Of a stretch of DNA of 64,000 nucleotides, positions 45,501 through 55,045 are shown in pieces. The notes under the pieces were generated by a model. The model searched no databases. It saw nothing but the letters and a program-made list of their open reading frames with translations, and had not been told where the DNA came from. The translations under genes were made by a program, and so were the position numbers. Numbering within the stretch: position 1 is the first letter of the stretch; the number at the start of each line of letters is the position of its first letter. The DNA comes from an uncultured Gammaproteobacteria bacterium (GTDB lineage: Bacteria; Patescibacteriota; Microgenomatia; UBA8517), in contig CAZBTH010000001.1 in the NCBI GenBank assembly GCA_964494885.1, positions 46,319 to 110,318 on the forward strand, written 5' to 3'.

Positions 45501-45547
45501 TCGACTTTCAGGTCAACAGGCTCAAAATAGGGCTTTCGGGTAGACAC
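42515..45547 (-). CDS. ileS: Isoleucyl-tRNA synthetase
   Basis: Class I aaRS, HIGH-region PITANNPMGVHHAWG, KMSKS-like MHKSSGN, editing domain; 1010 aa. Confidence 0.85.
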   Translation of the reverse strand: MSTRKPYFEPVDLKVDFPKMENRLLEVWAKKGIVKKYLQKNSKSTKHFSFLDGPITANNPMGVHHAWGRTYKDLWRRFKNMQGFNQRFQNGFDAQGLWVEVEVEKELGFKSKKDIETFGVAKFVQLCRDRVKKYSGIQTEQSKRLGYFMDWDNSYYTLSDDNNYMIWDFLKKCYDNGWIYKGNDSVPWCPRCETAISQHEMLTEDYKEITHESVYLAFPVVGVIDEYFMVWTTTPWTIPANIAIAVDEKLEYSLVEVKTRKYWLAKDAVSRVLAGENYKVIKTTKGAKLVGLRYKGAFDNLPGVVTASSKNDAKFHNVVATDNLILPISVDEGTGLVHTAVSAGSEDFKLGKKLGLPMIPVINDDASYVEGLGEFSGLNAKKHPEIILDYLRNLDKEGNHFLFKTERYTHRYPACWRCKTELVWKVTDEWYIAMDAPSKLKIKNEKLKISEWNEKEEERPQKLDTRTLREQMKNVTGKINWIPGFGLDREMDWLSNMHDWLISKKNRYWGLALPIWECKKCGNFEVVGSKEELKELAVIGWEKFDGKTPHKPQIDEVKIKCGKCGSVMSRIEPVGNPWLDAGIIPYSTISENNKAANFEVTKTKPLYLADISKWEKWFPADFITESFPGQFKNWFYSLIAMSTVMEDAEPFKTVLGYATLFDEKGNAMHKSSGNMIEFTQGADQMGVDVMRWMFVRQNPAENLLFGYKVADEVRRRFHLKIWNVYNFFVTYANLDAWRPVQSTKYSVHSTNVLDKWILARLNQVIQTVTNDLEKYDAYTGAGEIEKFVDDLSLWYIRRSRDRVGPAAESENDRSAFYQTTYYILHTLSRLLAPFIPFISETLFMNLTKEESVHLSDWPNVNIKSQKTSHKLLEEMKIVREIVETAHSIRKEKGIGVKQPLNSYSITLQPISKNLEYLIKDEINVKKLIWGSKENEFDLKITAELSEEAGIRDLARKIQEERKLLGLNLTQKVNVQLEAIPLDKKLVQWMTKKAQINSLSVGKFKVSKASK

Positions 45548-45596
45548 TATGGAGCTATTTTACTATTTCACCCGAAGGCATTCAAGGCGGGTTTGG

Positions 45597-46751
45597 CTAG
45601 TGGATTTTGCGAAGAAAAGCTGGGATTTCAAATTTCTCACCAAAAACATCGTCGTCACCTGAATTATCAGAATTTTCTGGTGGCTCGGTATCCCTATTAT
45701 CCGCATCATCTTTCCTATCAAAAACGGGTTCGCTTACAACTCCTTGGACAATGGGTTTTTGAACTGGTTTACTCATTTGCGCCAAACGGGAACGTGTTTC
45801 ATCAAAACCTGTGGCAATCACTGTAATTCTAACTTGATCATTCAACCCCTCTTTAATTACTGCTCCAAAAATGACGTTGGCGTCGGGGTCTGCCGCACTA
45901 GAAATGATTCTTGCAGCCTCGTCGACTTCAAACATCGTCAAGTCATTTCCACCGGCGATGTTAAAGAGGACTCCCCGCGCACCCTCAATGGACAAGTCAA
46001 GAAGCGGCGATGACACTGCCGCACGTGCCGCCATTTGTGCCCTGTTTTCGCCGGCTCCGGTTCCAATACCCAAAAGAGCGCTTCCCGCGTCTTTCATAAT
46101 TGTCTTTACATCAGCAAAGTCTACATTTACTAGCCCTGCAGTTGTAATAATATCCGCTATGCCGCCAACCGCCTGACCCAAAACCGAGTCAACCACTTTA
46201 AATGCCTCAAGAAGAGTCATTTTTCTGTCAATAACGTCCATTAGGCGTTGGTTTGGAATAACAATAAGAGTGTCTGTTGATTCCTTAAGTTTTTCGATTC
46301 CATCTTCAGCCGCTACCGTTCTTCTGGTGCCTTCAAATGCAAAGGGCTTAGTAACAACCCCAACCGTGAGGGCTCCGCTCTCTTTAGCAAGTCTTGCGAT
46401 AACAGGCGCCGCTCCCGTGCCAGTTCCACCACCCATGCCGGCAGTTATAAAAACCATATCACTATCAATCAGAAGTTCTTTTATTTTTTCTACTGACTCT
46501 TCTGCTGCTTGAGCGCCAATTTCCGGATTTCCACCAACACCAAGTCCCTTTGTCAGCTTTTCTCCGATCTGAAGTTTTGTCGGAGCTTTGTTTTGAAGAA
46601 GTACTTGCGCATCAGTATTTAATGCAATAAATTCAACCCCACTAATTGTACCGGCATCAATCATCGAAGAAACTGCGTTTCCACCACCACCACCAACACC
46701 GATTACTTTTATTTTTGCTATTCTAGCCGAATCAGGTTTAACAAGTGCCAT
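45597..46751 (-). CDS. ftsZ: Cell division GTPase FtsZ
   Basis: [23 protein letters not shown] tubulin signature. Confidence 0.9.
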   Translation of the reverse strand: MALVKPDSARIAKIKVIGVGGGGGNAVSSMIDAGTISGVEFIALNTDAQVLLQNKAPTKLQIGEKLTKGLGVGGNPEIGAQAAEESVEKIKELLIDSDMVFITAGMGGGTGTGAAPVIARLAKESGALTVGVVTKPFAFEGTRRTVAAEDGIEKLKESTDTLIVIPNQRLMDVIDRKMTLLEAFKVVDSVLGQAVGGIADIITTAGLVNVDFADVKTIMKDAGSALLGIGTGAGENRAQMAARAAVSSPLLDLSIEGARGVLFNIAGGNDLTMFEVDEAARIISSAADPDANVIFGAVIKEGLNDQVRITVIATGFDETRSRLAQMSKPVQKPIVQGVVSEPVFDRKDDADNRDTEPPENSDNSGDDDVFGEKFEIPAFLRKIH

Positions 46752-46857
46752 AGTCTACGGCCATGATTCTACATGGCCAAATTATAAATTACAAATGCCA
46801 AAAGGCAAATGGAGCAGTTTTTGACTAATTGCTAACGTCTAATTACTAATTACTTTT

Positions 46858-48123
46858 TTATGGCAGGAGGTCTTTGATCGATTCGATTACTTTTCCAAAC
46901 ATTCCGGTCATCTTAGGTAGTCTCATCTTTTTCCCGAAGCTTGTCAAGCTCTCACCCGGCGACTCTTTTGCTCCATAATGTAATAGTCCGACGCACGTAG
47001 CAAATGATGGATTCATTATGTCATCTATTAGACCTTCCACACCTCTGGGAATTCCAATGCGAACAGGAAGGGAAAGCATCCGTTTGGCCGAGTCTATCAC
47101 GCCAGCAGTCTCTGCCCCACCACCTGTAATAATTGCCCCCGAAGGAATCCGAACCGCTAGGCCTTCCCTTTCAAGTTCAATTCTAACCATTGTAAATATT
47201 TCGTTTAGCCGAGGTCGAATTATTCCCTCCAAAAGTGTTTTTTTGGAAATCTTCCTAACTTCGGTTACCCCCAAACTCTCCAAATCCATTTCATCCTCTT
47301 CCGTCTTATCCTTTCTTGAGTTTTTGGAAAGAGCAAGTTTGATTTTTTCCGCAGTTTCGAGTGAAACCCGAAGGCCAATTGCCAAATCATTTGTAACATT
47401 CTTAGCCCCAACCGGAATAACGCCAGAATAAGTAAGTGCGCCATCGACGTAAATTACAATTGAAGTTGTCCCTCCGCCAATATCGATTAAAACACACCCC
47501 AATTCCTTTTCGGTAGGAGAGATAACAGCTTCCGCAGCAGCTAGCCCTGAAAAAACAAGGTCCTCAATTTTTATGCCAGCCTCTTGTATTGCCTTCTTTG
47601 CATTTTTGATAGGTCCGACACCGGCAGAAATTATATGAGTATCCACTTCGAGCCTTACACCACTCATTCCTACCGGGTCACGCACACCGCTCTCCCCATC
47701 AACAATAAATTCCCTAGGTAACACATGGATAATCTCGCGCGAGGCCGGAATAGAAATCGCGCTAGCAGCCTCTATCGCACGGTCAACATCGTTTTGATTA
47801 ATTTCCCCGCTGGGATCCGAAATAGCGACAACTCCATGAGAATTTTGAGAATGAATATGTGCCCCACCGATTGATGCAAAAGCTGTATCTAAATTATAAC
47901 CGGCCATCCTTTCCGCAGCTTCTATCGAAGCAATTGTTGCCTCGGTTGCCTCTTCTATGTCAACTATTTGACCTTTCTTTATTCCGCGAGACTCGGCAGT
48001 CGCTGCGCCTGCTATATTAATCGAAGTCTCTGCACTAACAGGGTCAACCGCAACCTGACTTATCAGGGTAGATATTTTAGTCGAGCCCATTTCAATTGCC
48101 GCTATAATTCTTGTTTTAGTCAT
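46858..48123 (-). CDS. ftsA: Cell division protein FtsA
   Basis: Actin-like ATPase fold (IAAIEMGSTKI, DIGGGTTS). Confidence 0.85.
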   Translation of the reverse strand: MTKTRIIAAIEMGSTKISTLISQVAVDPVSAETSINIAGAATAESRGIKKGQIVDIEEATEATIASIEAAERMAGYNLDTAFASIGGAHIHSQNSHGVVAISDPSGEINQNDVDRAIEAASAISIPASREIIHVLPREFIVDGESGVRDPVGMSGVRLEVDTHIISAGVGPIKNAKKAIQEAGIKIEDLVFSGLAAAEAVISPTEKELGCVLIDIGGGTTSIVIYVDGALTYSGVIPVGAKNVTNDLAIGLRVSLETAEKIKLALSKNSRKDKTEEDEMDLESLGVTEVRKISKKTLLEGIIRPRLNEIFTMVRIELEREGLAVRIPSGAIITGGGAETAGVIDSAKRMLSLPVRIGIPRGVEGLIDDIMNPSFATCVGLLHYGAKESPGESLTSFGKKMRLPKMTGMFGKVIESIKDLLP

Positions 48124-48131
48124 TGTTTAGT

Positions 48132-48800
48132 TCATCTTAATACCGCATTTTTAAAACGCAAGTCAATTTCGGAATATTTTCCGATATTGCCTGGTTCACT
48201 AATCTTAGAGTATATCAATCTCAAGCTTCCAAGCAAAATGTTAGAATCTCCGTACAATGGAAATATTACTCTGATTTGTGGTAGGAGTTCAACAACCAAA
48301 CTCTCCGAATTCATTTCACCGGTCCTAATTTGATACATTTGAAAAACACCTGCAATTATTTTAAGTGCAAAAAAATCTCTATCGGTAATCCTTTGACCCT
48401 CCTTTCGATCGATTGAATCTGCTGTCACGGTCGGAAGAGTTGAGTCTGATCCGAAAAATAGTATTTTTCCCTCCTCATCAATCAGGGCAACTTTCTTAGA
48501 ATTTCTGTCAACCAAGGCTGCAAAAGGTTTTTTTACAACTATGTAAGTTTCCAAAATATTGGGCAACTTAAACTGCAAACTGTAATTCGAAATTGTGAAA
48601 TCGGAAGATAGTATTTTTCTTATATTTTTCTTGGCAGTGAATAAGCTATTACCGTTAAAGGCGTCAATCTTAGATAAAACTCTTTCGGGACAAGCACCAA
48701 ACTGGGTTTTACAATTTATTTTGACCTTGATGAAAAACGGAGAGAGAAATATAAAAACTAAACAAACTGATATTAAAATAAACAGAAGTCTTTTTGTCAT
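48132..48800 (-). CDS. ftsQ: FtsQ/DivIB-like cell division protein
   Basis: N-terminal TM plus POTRA-like region; position between ftsA and murG. Confidence 0.55.
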   Translation of the reverse strand: MTKRLLFILISVCLVFIFLSPFFIKVKINCKTQFGACPERVLSKIDAFNGNSLFTAKKNIRKILSSDFTISNYSLQFKLPNILETYIVVKKPFAALVDRNSKKVALIDEEGKILFFGSDSTLPTVTADSIDRKEGQRITDRDFFALKIIAGVFQMYQIRTGEMNSESLVVELLPQIRVIFPLYGDSNILLGSLRLIYSKISEPGNIGKYSEIDLRFKNAVLR

Positions 48801-49903
48801 ATATAGTTCTTTACGAGATCAACAACCTTTTTGGAAGCTTCTGTATCCGGACTGTGGGTTCCTTTTGCTTTTCGAATTAGTTCGGGCCAATCTTTTAATA
48901 AACGGTTAATTTCTTTGAGAATTGTTTCAGGTGTGGCATTCTCTTCCAGAAAAACAGAGGAAAACCCAAAGCTTTCTGCATACCTGGCATTTTTTACTTG
49001 CTCTCCCAGAAAAGTTCTCGGGAGTGGAATTAATATCGCAGGACGCTTAGCATAAATAATTTCGGAAATAGAGTTCGCCCCGGATCTACTAATAATTAAA
49101 TCTGCCTGAGAGTAATAATTTCCAATTTCTGAAGGATTGATTGACCGATAAACTTTATAATTTTTTCTAAGGGTCGGTGACAATTTTTCTTTAAACTTCT
49201 CTACTTTTTCAAAATCCCTCTCACCTGTTATGTGTATTAGAACATTATGAGAGAGAACCAATTTTAATATATCGATCACTAACTCATTAATAAAGTTGGA
49301 ACCACGCGAACCTCCAATAACCAATATTATTGGCGGTCTTCCCGGAAATTTCTTGGCTCTTATATTTAAGATATTCTTCATCAATGGGTTTCCAGTAACT
49401 ACCGATTTATTTTTTGGAAAATATCTTTGACTTTCCGGTCTGGCCAATGCAATTTTTGTTGCAAAAAAGGCCGAAGAAATAGATGCGCGACCGGCTACCA
49501 CCGTCTGCTCATGTAAAATTACAGGGATTCTAAAAACCCACGACCAAAAAATCACAGGAAATGAGGAGTAACCACCGAAAGAGAGAGTCACTTTGGGTTT
49601 AATTTTCAACAGTAACCAAAAGGCCTGGAAAAAACCAACTGGAATTTTAAGCAAAGATGGAATAGTGTGTCTTGTAAATTTGGTCTGAATTTTTCCGGCA
49701 ACAATTGGAACAAAGTTGACATCGATTTTTGGAAAAGTCCTGGACTCAATTGTTGAGGCTTTAGAGCCCTCAATAGCAGTTTGCGAGCCGATCCAATAGA
49801 TTTGAACCCCTTTCAACGATTCACGTCTCCTGATTTCTTCAACAACGGCAATCCCCGTTGTCGCCGCATGTCCGCCTGTTAAAAGTATCGTTTTTGAATT
49901 CAT
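48797..49903 (-). CDS. murG: UDP-GlcNAc:lipid I GlcNAc transferase MurG
   Basis: LLTGGHAATTGIAV N-terminus; GT28 C-terminal GGSRGS motif. Confidence 0.85.
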   Translation of the reverse strand: MNSKTILLTGGHAATTGIAVVEEIRRRESLKGVQIYWIGSQTAIEGSKASTIESRTFPKIDVNFVPIVAGKIQTKFTRHTIPSLLKIPVGFFQAFWLLLKIKPKVTLSFGGYSSFPVIFWSWVFRIPVILHEQTVVAGRASISSAFFATKIALARPESQRYFPKNKSVVTGNPLMKNILNIRAKKFPGRPPIILVIGGSRGSNFINELVIDILKLVLSHNVLIHITGERDFEKVEKFKEKLSPTLRKNYKVYRSINPSEIGNYYSQADLIISRSGANSISEIIYAKRPAILIPLPRTFLGEQVKNARYAESFGFSSVFLEENATPETILKEINRLLKDWPELIRKAKGTHSPDTEASKKVVDLVKNYI

Positions 49904-50202
49904 ACCTACTTTGAATTATAGACTATTTGCCAAAAGTCTTCATTTTTAAAAAAAGTATCCCATAGACTTGACTTTTTAATGTGGTGGTGGTACCATTAGC
50001 CTCGGCAAATTGTATAAACATAGGTTTATTTTGTAACTTATAGTTATAGGCTTGCTTTTTCTATTTTTTCGCTCTTTTGCATACAAAATAGCCTCATTCT
50101 ACTGCACCACAAGCTCACTAGCTTAGCGGGTTTTTGGTGCAGTAGTTTTAAGCACAGATGTAATCAAACTCTGTTTTTTCAATCTTGCTTAAGGAGGCAA
50201 AG

Positions 50203-50997
50203 ATGACTAAGAAGAATGTTACGTTCGATCTGAGTGGTAGTTCAACTCTCACTCTCAAAAACCTTTTCGCGCAGGTGACTGTTCGTAAAGGCTCGACTGG
50301 CAAAGCTTCTGTGGAAGTAAGCGGTGAAGATGAAGTGATCAAAGAGATTAAAGTCACACAGCCCAACTCCAGTGAAGTTTTGATCGAAGGCCCGGACAAC
50401 GGAGGTGGTGGTATTACTGTAGTCCAAAGTGGTCGCAGCTCATCCATCTCAGTTCGTGGAAACGACGTTGTCGTCGGTGGAAACATTGTCGGCGGACGGA
50501 TCATCAGCGGAGGAAATGTCGTTATTGTTAACGGCAAAGTTATCTCCGGACAGGTAACGGAACTTGGTGGCGCAGAAATGGCTTCCATCACCGTGACTGT
50601 TCCCGAAGGAACTGAACTTGACGCTGAAAGCGTTGAAGAACTCAATTCCCAAGGTCTGAATGGAAAACTTTACCTTTCGCTCGATGTATCGGGAAAAGCC
50701 AAAGTACTGGACGTAACCAGCGCAAAGATCGACTGCAGAGGGCAGACACGCGCCGAACTCGGTAATGCCAAAGGAGACCTCAAGGTTTCCTGCAGTGGTC
50801 AATCACGCGTTACAGCCAAAGGCAACTTTGGGGATATTGATATGGACGCAAGCGGTCAATCTCAAATCCAGGTCGCCGGAAATTGCAGGGACTGCGAAGG
50901 CAGCGCAAGTGGTCAAAGCACAATTTCGCTCACCGGCCATGCATCTGGCAAAGTTCGCAAACACGAAAGTGGCCAGAGCAGTGTCGATATCGAATAG
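50203..50997 (+). CDS. DUF4097/DUF2807-like beta-repeat protein ('putative adhesin' fold), GC-rich (~50%)
   Basis: ATG 7 nt after TAAGGAGG; repeated Gly-rich beta-strand units (VVVGGNIVGGRIISGGNVVIVNGKVISG). Confidence 0.6.
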   Translation: MTKKNVTFDLSGSSTLTLKNLFAQVTVRKGSTGKASVEVSGEDEVIKEIKVTQPNSSEVLIEGPDNGGGGITVVQSGRSSSISVRGNDVVVGGNIVGGRIISGGNVVIVNGKVISGQVTELGGAEMASITVTVPEGTELDAESVEELNSQGLNGKLYLSLDVSGKAKVLDVTSAKIDCRGQTRAELGNAKGDLKVSCSGQSRVTAKGNFGDIDMDASGQSQIQVAGNCRDCEGSASGQSTISLTGHASGKVRKHESGQSSVDIE

Positions 50998-51021
50998 TCA
51001 TTGATTCAAGCAAAAGGGAAG

Positions 51022-51062
51022 CCTCTCATTGTAGAAATACAAAACAATGGGAGGTTTTTTTT
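51022..51062 (+). terminator. Intrinsic terminator of the DUF4097-like gene
   Basis: cctctcattg ... caatgggagg followed by tttttttt. Confidence 0.7.
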
Positions 51063-51064
51063 GG

Positions 51065-51840
51065 CATAATCGCTTGCAAGGTGTCACCTTTAATGCTATC
51101 ATAAATTATGCCCAGTCGCAACATCGTAAAAGTTTATCTTGAAAACGGTTATTACCATATTTACAATCGAGGGGTTGAGAAAAGAACTATCTTTGTAGAC
51201 GAACAAGACTACAGGAGCTTTTTAAAATATTTGAAAGAAAGCCTTTCCTCTCCGTCCGACCTTAAAACAACTACCAAAACTTTTAGCGTTCGAGGTGTCA
51301 CCTTTGACGCTACACCAAGGCTCGTTAAAAACTTCGACAAAAAAATTGATTTAATGGTTTATTGTCTTATGCCAAATCATTTTCATCTTCTTGTAAAACA
51401 AAGCGAACATATGGATATAAATAAATTCATACAGTCTATATGCACCAGATACTCGATGTACTTCAATAAAAAATATAAAAGGATTGGCAAACTTTTCCAA
51501 GGATCCTACAAAGCAATTCTTATAACGACCGATGAATACCTATTACACCTTTCCAGATATATTCATCTAAACCCGGCAGAATTTACAAAAGATCTTGCAA
51601 GTGCCTACTCTTCATATGCAGAGTATATAGGCATAAGAAAAACGAGCTGGGTTAAGACCAAGGAAATTTTGTCTTATTTCAACAAAACGAGTAAGGATTT
51701 TAAAAAACGAGCAAATACATATCGCGATTTCGTCGAAAAATATCAAACAGACTTGGGACTAACTTTGGATAAATTAACTCTCGAAGAGTAGGTGCCTTCA
51801 AGTGCATTCAAGGTGACACCTTGAATGCTAGCGCTTTGCA
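51065..51840 (+). mobile_element. IS200/IS605-type or REP-associated tyrosine (HUH) transposase unit, flanked by REP-like hairpins
   Basis: Flanking related hairpin repeats caaggtgTcacctttaatgctatc (51072-51104) and caaggtgAcaccttgaatgctagc (51793-51836); the right copy forms a perfect 25-nt hairpin gcattcaaggtg-a-caccttgaatgc. Confidence 0.6.
51108..51791 (+). CDS. tnpA: HUH Y1 transposase (IS200-like TnpA / RAYT)
   Basis: HuH motif LMPNHFHLLV and a downstream catalytic Tyr region (GSYKAIL). Confidence 0.7.
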   Translation: MPSRNIVKVYLENGYYHIYNRGVEKRTIFVDEQDYRSFLKYLKESLSSPSDLKTTTKTFSVRGVTFDATPRLVKNFDKKIDLMVYCLMPNHFHLLVKQSEHMDINKFIQSICTRYSMYFNKKYKRIGKLFQGSYKAILITTDEYLLHLSRYIHLNPAEFTKDLASAYSSYAEYIGIRKTSWVKTKEILSYFNKTSKDFKKRANTYRDFVEKYQTDLGLTLDKLTLEE

Positions 51841-52907
51841 TTTTCGTATGATCTAAACTTAGATATATTCAAGAGTATTCCGCATGCAGTAAGTATCATC
51901 ACCAAACTTGTTCCTCCATAAGATAAAAACGGCAATGGTATACCGGTCAAAGGCGTAAGTGACACCATGGAAGCGATATTCAAAAACGCCTGTCCGGAAA
52001 TCCAAGCAACAATGCCGATTGCAAGTACCTTTGAAAATTTGTCGGGTGCTCCCTTCGCTACCCTGACTCCCCTGATAAATAAATATATATACAAAGAAAT
52101 AATAACGATCGAACCAATTAATCCCAACTCTTCTGCAATGACTGCAAAAATAGAATCAGTCGAAGCCTCAGGTAAAAACGAATATTTTTGTCTGGAAGCT
52201 CCCAAACCTACACCAAATATTCCTCCAGACCCCAATGCTAATAAAATTTGCCTAATATGGTAACCCTTTCCCAATGGGTCGCTTGTTGTTTCAAAAAAAG
52301 TAAGAAGTCGATCTCTTCTGTAGGGTGAAACAAGAATTAGAACAATAGTGCTCAATGCGCCAATTACCATGGCACCAAAAAAATGTAATAAATTGACCCC
52401 TGAAATAAAGATTTGTGAAAGTCCGATTGTAGCCACCACCAAAGTCGTTCCCAAATCCGGCTGTAACATGATTAAACCGGCCACAATAGCCAAAGGAACA
52501 AAGTACGACGCCGGCCCTTTGTTTTTGGCGGCAATCTTTGCTAAATAAATAGCAAGGCTGAGTTTGACCAACTCAGAAGGCTGGAAGTTAAAACCAGCAA
52601 TCGAAATCCACCTTCGGGCACCGAGAGCCGCAAAACTTAAGTGTGGCAGTAAGACTGCCAAGAGGAATAACACCGAAAGAAAAAAGAAGGGAGTCGCAAC
52701 TTTTTCCCAAAACGAATAATGTACATGCGCAGTGGCAAAAAGTGCAACAACCCCAATAGCGGCCCATACAACCTGTTGACGAAGAAGGAAAAACTTATCT
52801 CCATAAGCATTCAACGCCTGGGGAGCTGAAGCATCGGCGACTGCAATCAAGCCTATTACCACAAACAAGAGTATCAACCAAAAAAATTTCTTATCAATCT
52901 TTTTCAT
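51828..52907 (-). CDS. ftsW: SEDS family protein FtsW (paralogue 2, next to mraY)
   Basis: SEDS topology; conserved PLPFLSYGGTS motif. Confidence 0.8.
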   Translation of the reverse strand: MKKIDKKFFWLILLFVVIGLIAVADASAPQALNAYGDKFFLLRQQVVWAAIGVVALFATAHVHYSFWEKVATPFFFLSVLFLLAVLLPHLSFAALGARRWISIAGFNFQPSELVKLSLAIYLAKIAAKNKGPASYFVPLAIVAGLIMLQPDLGTTLVVATIGLSQIFISGVNLLHFFGAMVIGALSTIVLILVSPYRRDRLLTFFETTSDPLGKGYHIRQILLALGSGGIFGVGLGASRQKYSFLPEASTDSIFAVIAEELGLIGSIVIISLYIYLFIRGVRVAKGAPDKFSKVLAIGIVAWISGQAFLNIASMVSLTPLTGIPLPFLSYGGTSLVMILTACGILLNISKFRSYENAKR

Positions 52908-52911
52908 TCAT

Positions 52912-53967
52912 TTATATGGTAGCCAGCCAAAGGCCAAAAATGGCGAGAAGAGTTCCCAAAAGCCATGCCCGCATTACTATCTTCGGTTCTTCCCAGCCGA
53001 CTGCCAGAAAAGTATGGTGAATTGGGGCAAGAGGAAATATTGGTTTTTTTAATAATTTCCATCCAGCCATTTGAATTGCGGAAGAAGCCAGTTCAACAAC
53101 AAAAATTCCACCCATTACCAAAAGTGCAATAATACTTCCCGAAAGTAAACCGATAACAGCAAGGCTTGCCCCGAAAGACAAAGCTCCCGAATCCCCCAGA
53201 AAAATTCTGGCAGGCCAGATATTAAAATATAGAAATGCAAATAAAGATCCCAACCATAGTGCCACAAAAAGCGAAAGTGGTGTATCCAAGTGTCCGGCAA
53301 TTATTACTCCGAATGCTGCCAAACATATTATTAGAAGACCCGAGGCCAAACCGTCCAAGCCGTCGGTGACATTGAATGCATTCGAAAAAGCTACAAGCAT
53401 TAAAGCAGCAAACGGTATATACCAAACGCCCAAGTCATAGACAACGTGTAAAAGAGGGATGTTGACAATGTGTATTCCCAAATCTCGATAAATTAAAAAC
53501 CCGACGGTCAGTCCCAGAACCCACTGAAGTATAAACTTTTGCCATCGTCTAAGTCCGAACCACAAACCCAAAACCCCTCTCGTGGGTCTGGCAAAAATTT
53601 TTAGAACGTCATCAAGTAAACCTAAAATCCCAAAACTCAAAAAAGTGAAGAATATTATGAAAAGCTCGTCCCTAAGTGGGTAGGAAGTTTTTATATATAC
53701 CCCAAGCCTGGAAGACAGGGGAAATAAAATGGCAAAGAACAAAGTGACGAGAAAGATAATAAAAATCCCTCCTCCCACGGGGGTACCGGTTTTTATGTCG
53801 TGAAGCCTGTCGAAAAGAGGTATTTTGCCACTTTTTGGAGCTTCTCTACGTCTTGTCAGTTTCAGTTTATACAAAAGCCCGATATATGGAACTATCAGGA
53901 CAAAAGAAATTAAAAAAGAGAAGATAATTAGGCCCAAACCAAGCGGCAACAAGTTCGGAGTGGTCAT
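52912..53967 (-). CDS. mraY: Phospho-N-acetylmuramoyl-pentapeptide transferase MraY
   Basis: Polytopic; NAFNVTDGLDGLA and DSGALSFG motifs. Confidence 0.85.
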   Translation of the reverse strand: MTTPNLLPLGLGLIIFSFLISFVLIVPYIGLLYKLKLTRRREAPKSGKIPLFDRLHDIKTGTPVGGGIFIIFLVTLFFAILFPLSSRLGVYIKTSYPLRDELFIIFFTFLSFGILGLLDDVLKIFARPTRGVLGLWFGLRRWQKFILQWVLGLTVGFLIYRDLGIHIVNIPLLHVVYDLGVWYIPFAALMLVAFSNAFNVTDGLDGLASGLLIICLAAFGVIIAGHLDTPLSLFVALWLGSLFAFLYFNIWPARIFLGDSGALSFGASLAVIGLLSGSIIALLVMGGIFVVELASSAIQMAGWKLLKKPIFPLAPIHHTFLAVGWEEPKIVMRAWLLGTLLAIFGLWLATI

Positions 53968-54022
53968 ATCGTGGGTTAATTATATCAGGATTTTCAACCC
54001 TGTGAAAAGGCAATCCGGAGCG

Positions 54023-55045
54023 TTAAAGATGTCTTGTTGTTTTTCTCAAATTTTCGAATAGATATGTAAACCAATACATTTTGGATATTGCAAGATCTTG
54101 GGCATGAAGCCAGTCTATTCGCTGACCTCCAAAACCAGTTTTAAACAATGTTACACCCGCAAATCTATGTTTTAGGTTATCATCAGGTGCAATTCCCCAA
54201 AAATTATAAAATTTCATACCACGCTTCTTAGCCTCCTTAATAATTTCCCATTGGAGAAAATAAGAAAACGGAATCTCATTGTGTCCCGAGGCAGACCCAC
54301 TAAAATGATAATAAGCGGTGTCACAATAAAAAATTATGATTGCCGCAGCTAAAACTTTTTTTGCTTTTCTACAAATAAAGACCGAGGCACTATTATCTTT
54401 AACAAATGATTTTATTTCCGACTTAAAGAGTTTTTCTGGAAAACCAACAAAACTGTGACGTATGGCGGTTTCTTTTTGAAGATCGAATAATATTTGGGAA
54501 GCTTTCGGATCTTTTGACATTTCCAATTCCAGACCAGCGTTCATACTTTTTTTGATTAAATATCTCGTTGACTTTCGCATTTCAGAAAGAAGTATTTCTT
54601 CAGGTTTTGAAATATCCAATATCCAAGTGTTTTCAGCATGCAGATGCATCGGTGCTGGGATAAAACCCAGTTTTTTAAATAATTGTTGAGATTCCACGGA
54701 GTCCCGCAATTCCGGTCTTACTCTGACAAACCAAACCTTTTCTTTTATCGCAATTCTTATAATTGATTCCACAAATACGGATACTAATTTATTATCTTTC
54801 CAGTCAATTATGGGGCCACCGGGTATTATTAGATGTGGACCTCTTTTTGCATTTTCTTTAATTAACAAACAAATCCCCACGAGTTTACCGTCTTTTTTAA
54901 ATCCAATTCTAAAAATTTTTGCCCTCATCTTTTCATTCGTTTCACCCCATGCCCATGATTGTAAAAATGAAAATGGATGGTGAGATAGGACAAACCTCTC
55001 CCAGACTTTTTCATTTGCGATTAATTCTGTTGTGTATTTAGCCAT
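54023..55045 (-). CDS. FemAB-family peptidyltransferase (peptidoglycan interpeptide bridge)
   Basis: FLQSWAWGE N-terminus and FemAB-like length. Confidence 0.6.
   Translation of the reverse strand: MAKYTTELIANEKVWERFVLSHHPFSFLQSWAWGETNEKMRAKIFRIGFKKDGKLVGICLLIKENAKRGPHLIIPGGPIIDWKDNKLVSVFVESIIRIAIKEKVWFVRVRPELRDSVESQQLFKKLGFIPAPMHLHAENTWILDISKPEEILLSEMRKSTRYLIKKSMNAGLELEMSKDPKASQILFDLQKETAIRHSFVGFPEKLFKSEIKSFVKDNSASVFICRKAKKVLAAAIIIFYCDTAYYHFSGSASGHNEIPFSYFLQWEIIKEAKKRGMKFYNFWGIAPDDNLKHRFAGVTLFKTGFGGQRIDWLHAQDLAISKMYWFTYLFENLRKTTRHL

Noticed and set aside
46758-46777. Hairpin ggccatgattctacatggcc between ftsA and ftsZ as a terminator
   Set aside because: There is no U-run on the transcribed (minus) strand and ftsA-ftsZ are normally co-transcribed. 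It was noted only as a possible processing site, with insufficient evidence.
50148-50802. 165-aa and 117-aa minus-strand ORFs rich in Ser/Thr/Pro
   Set aside because: They are antisense shadows of the GC-rich DUF4097-like gene on the plus strand, which has the SD, the terminator and a recognisable fold.
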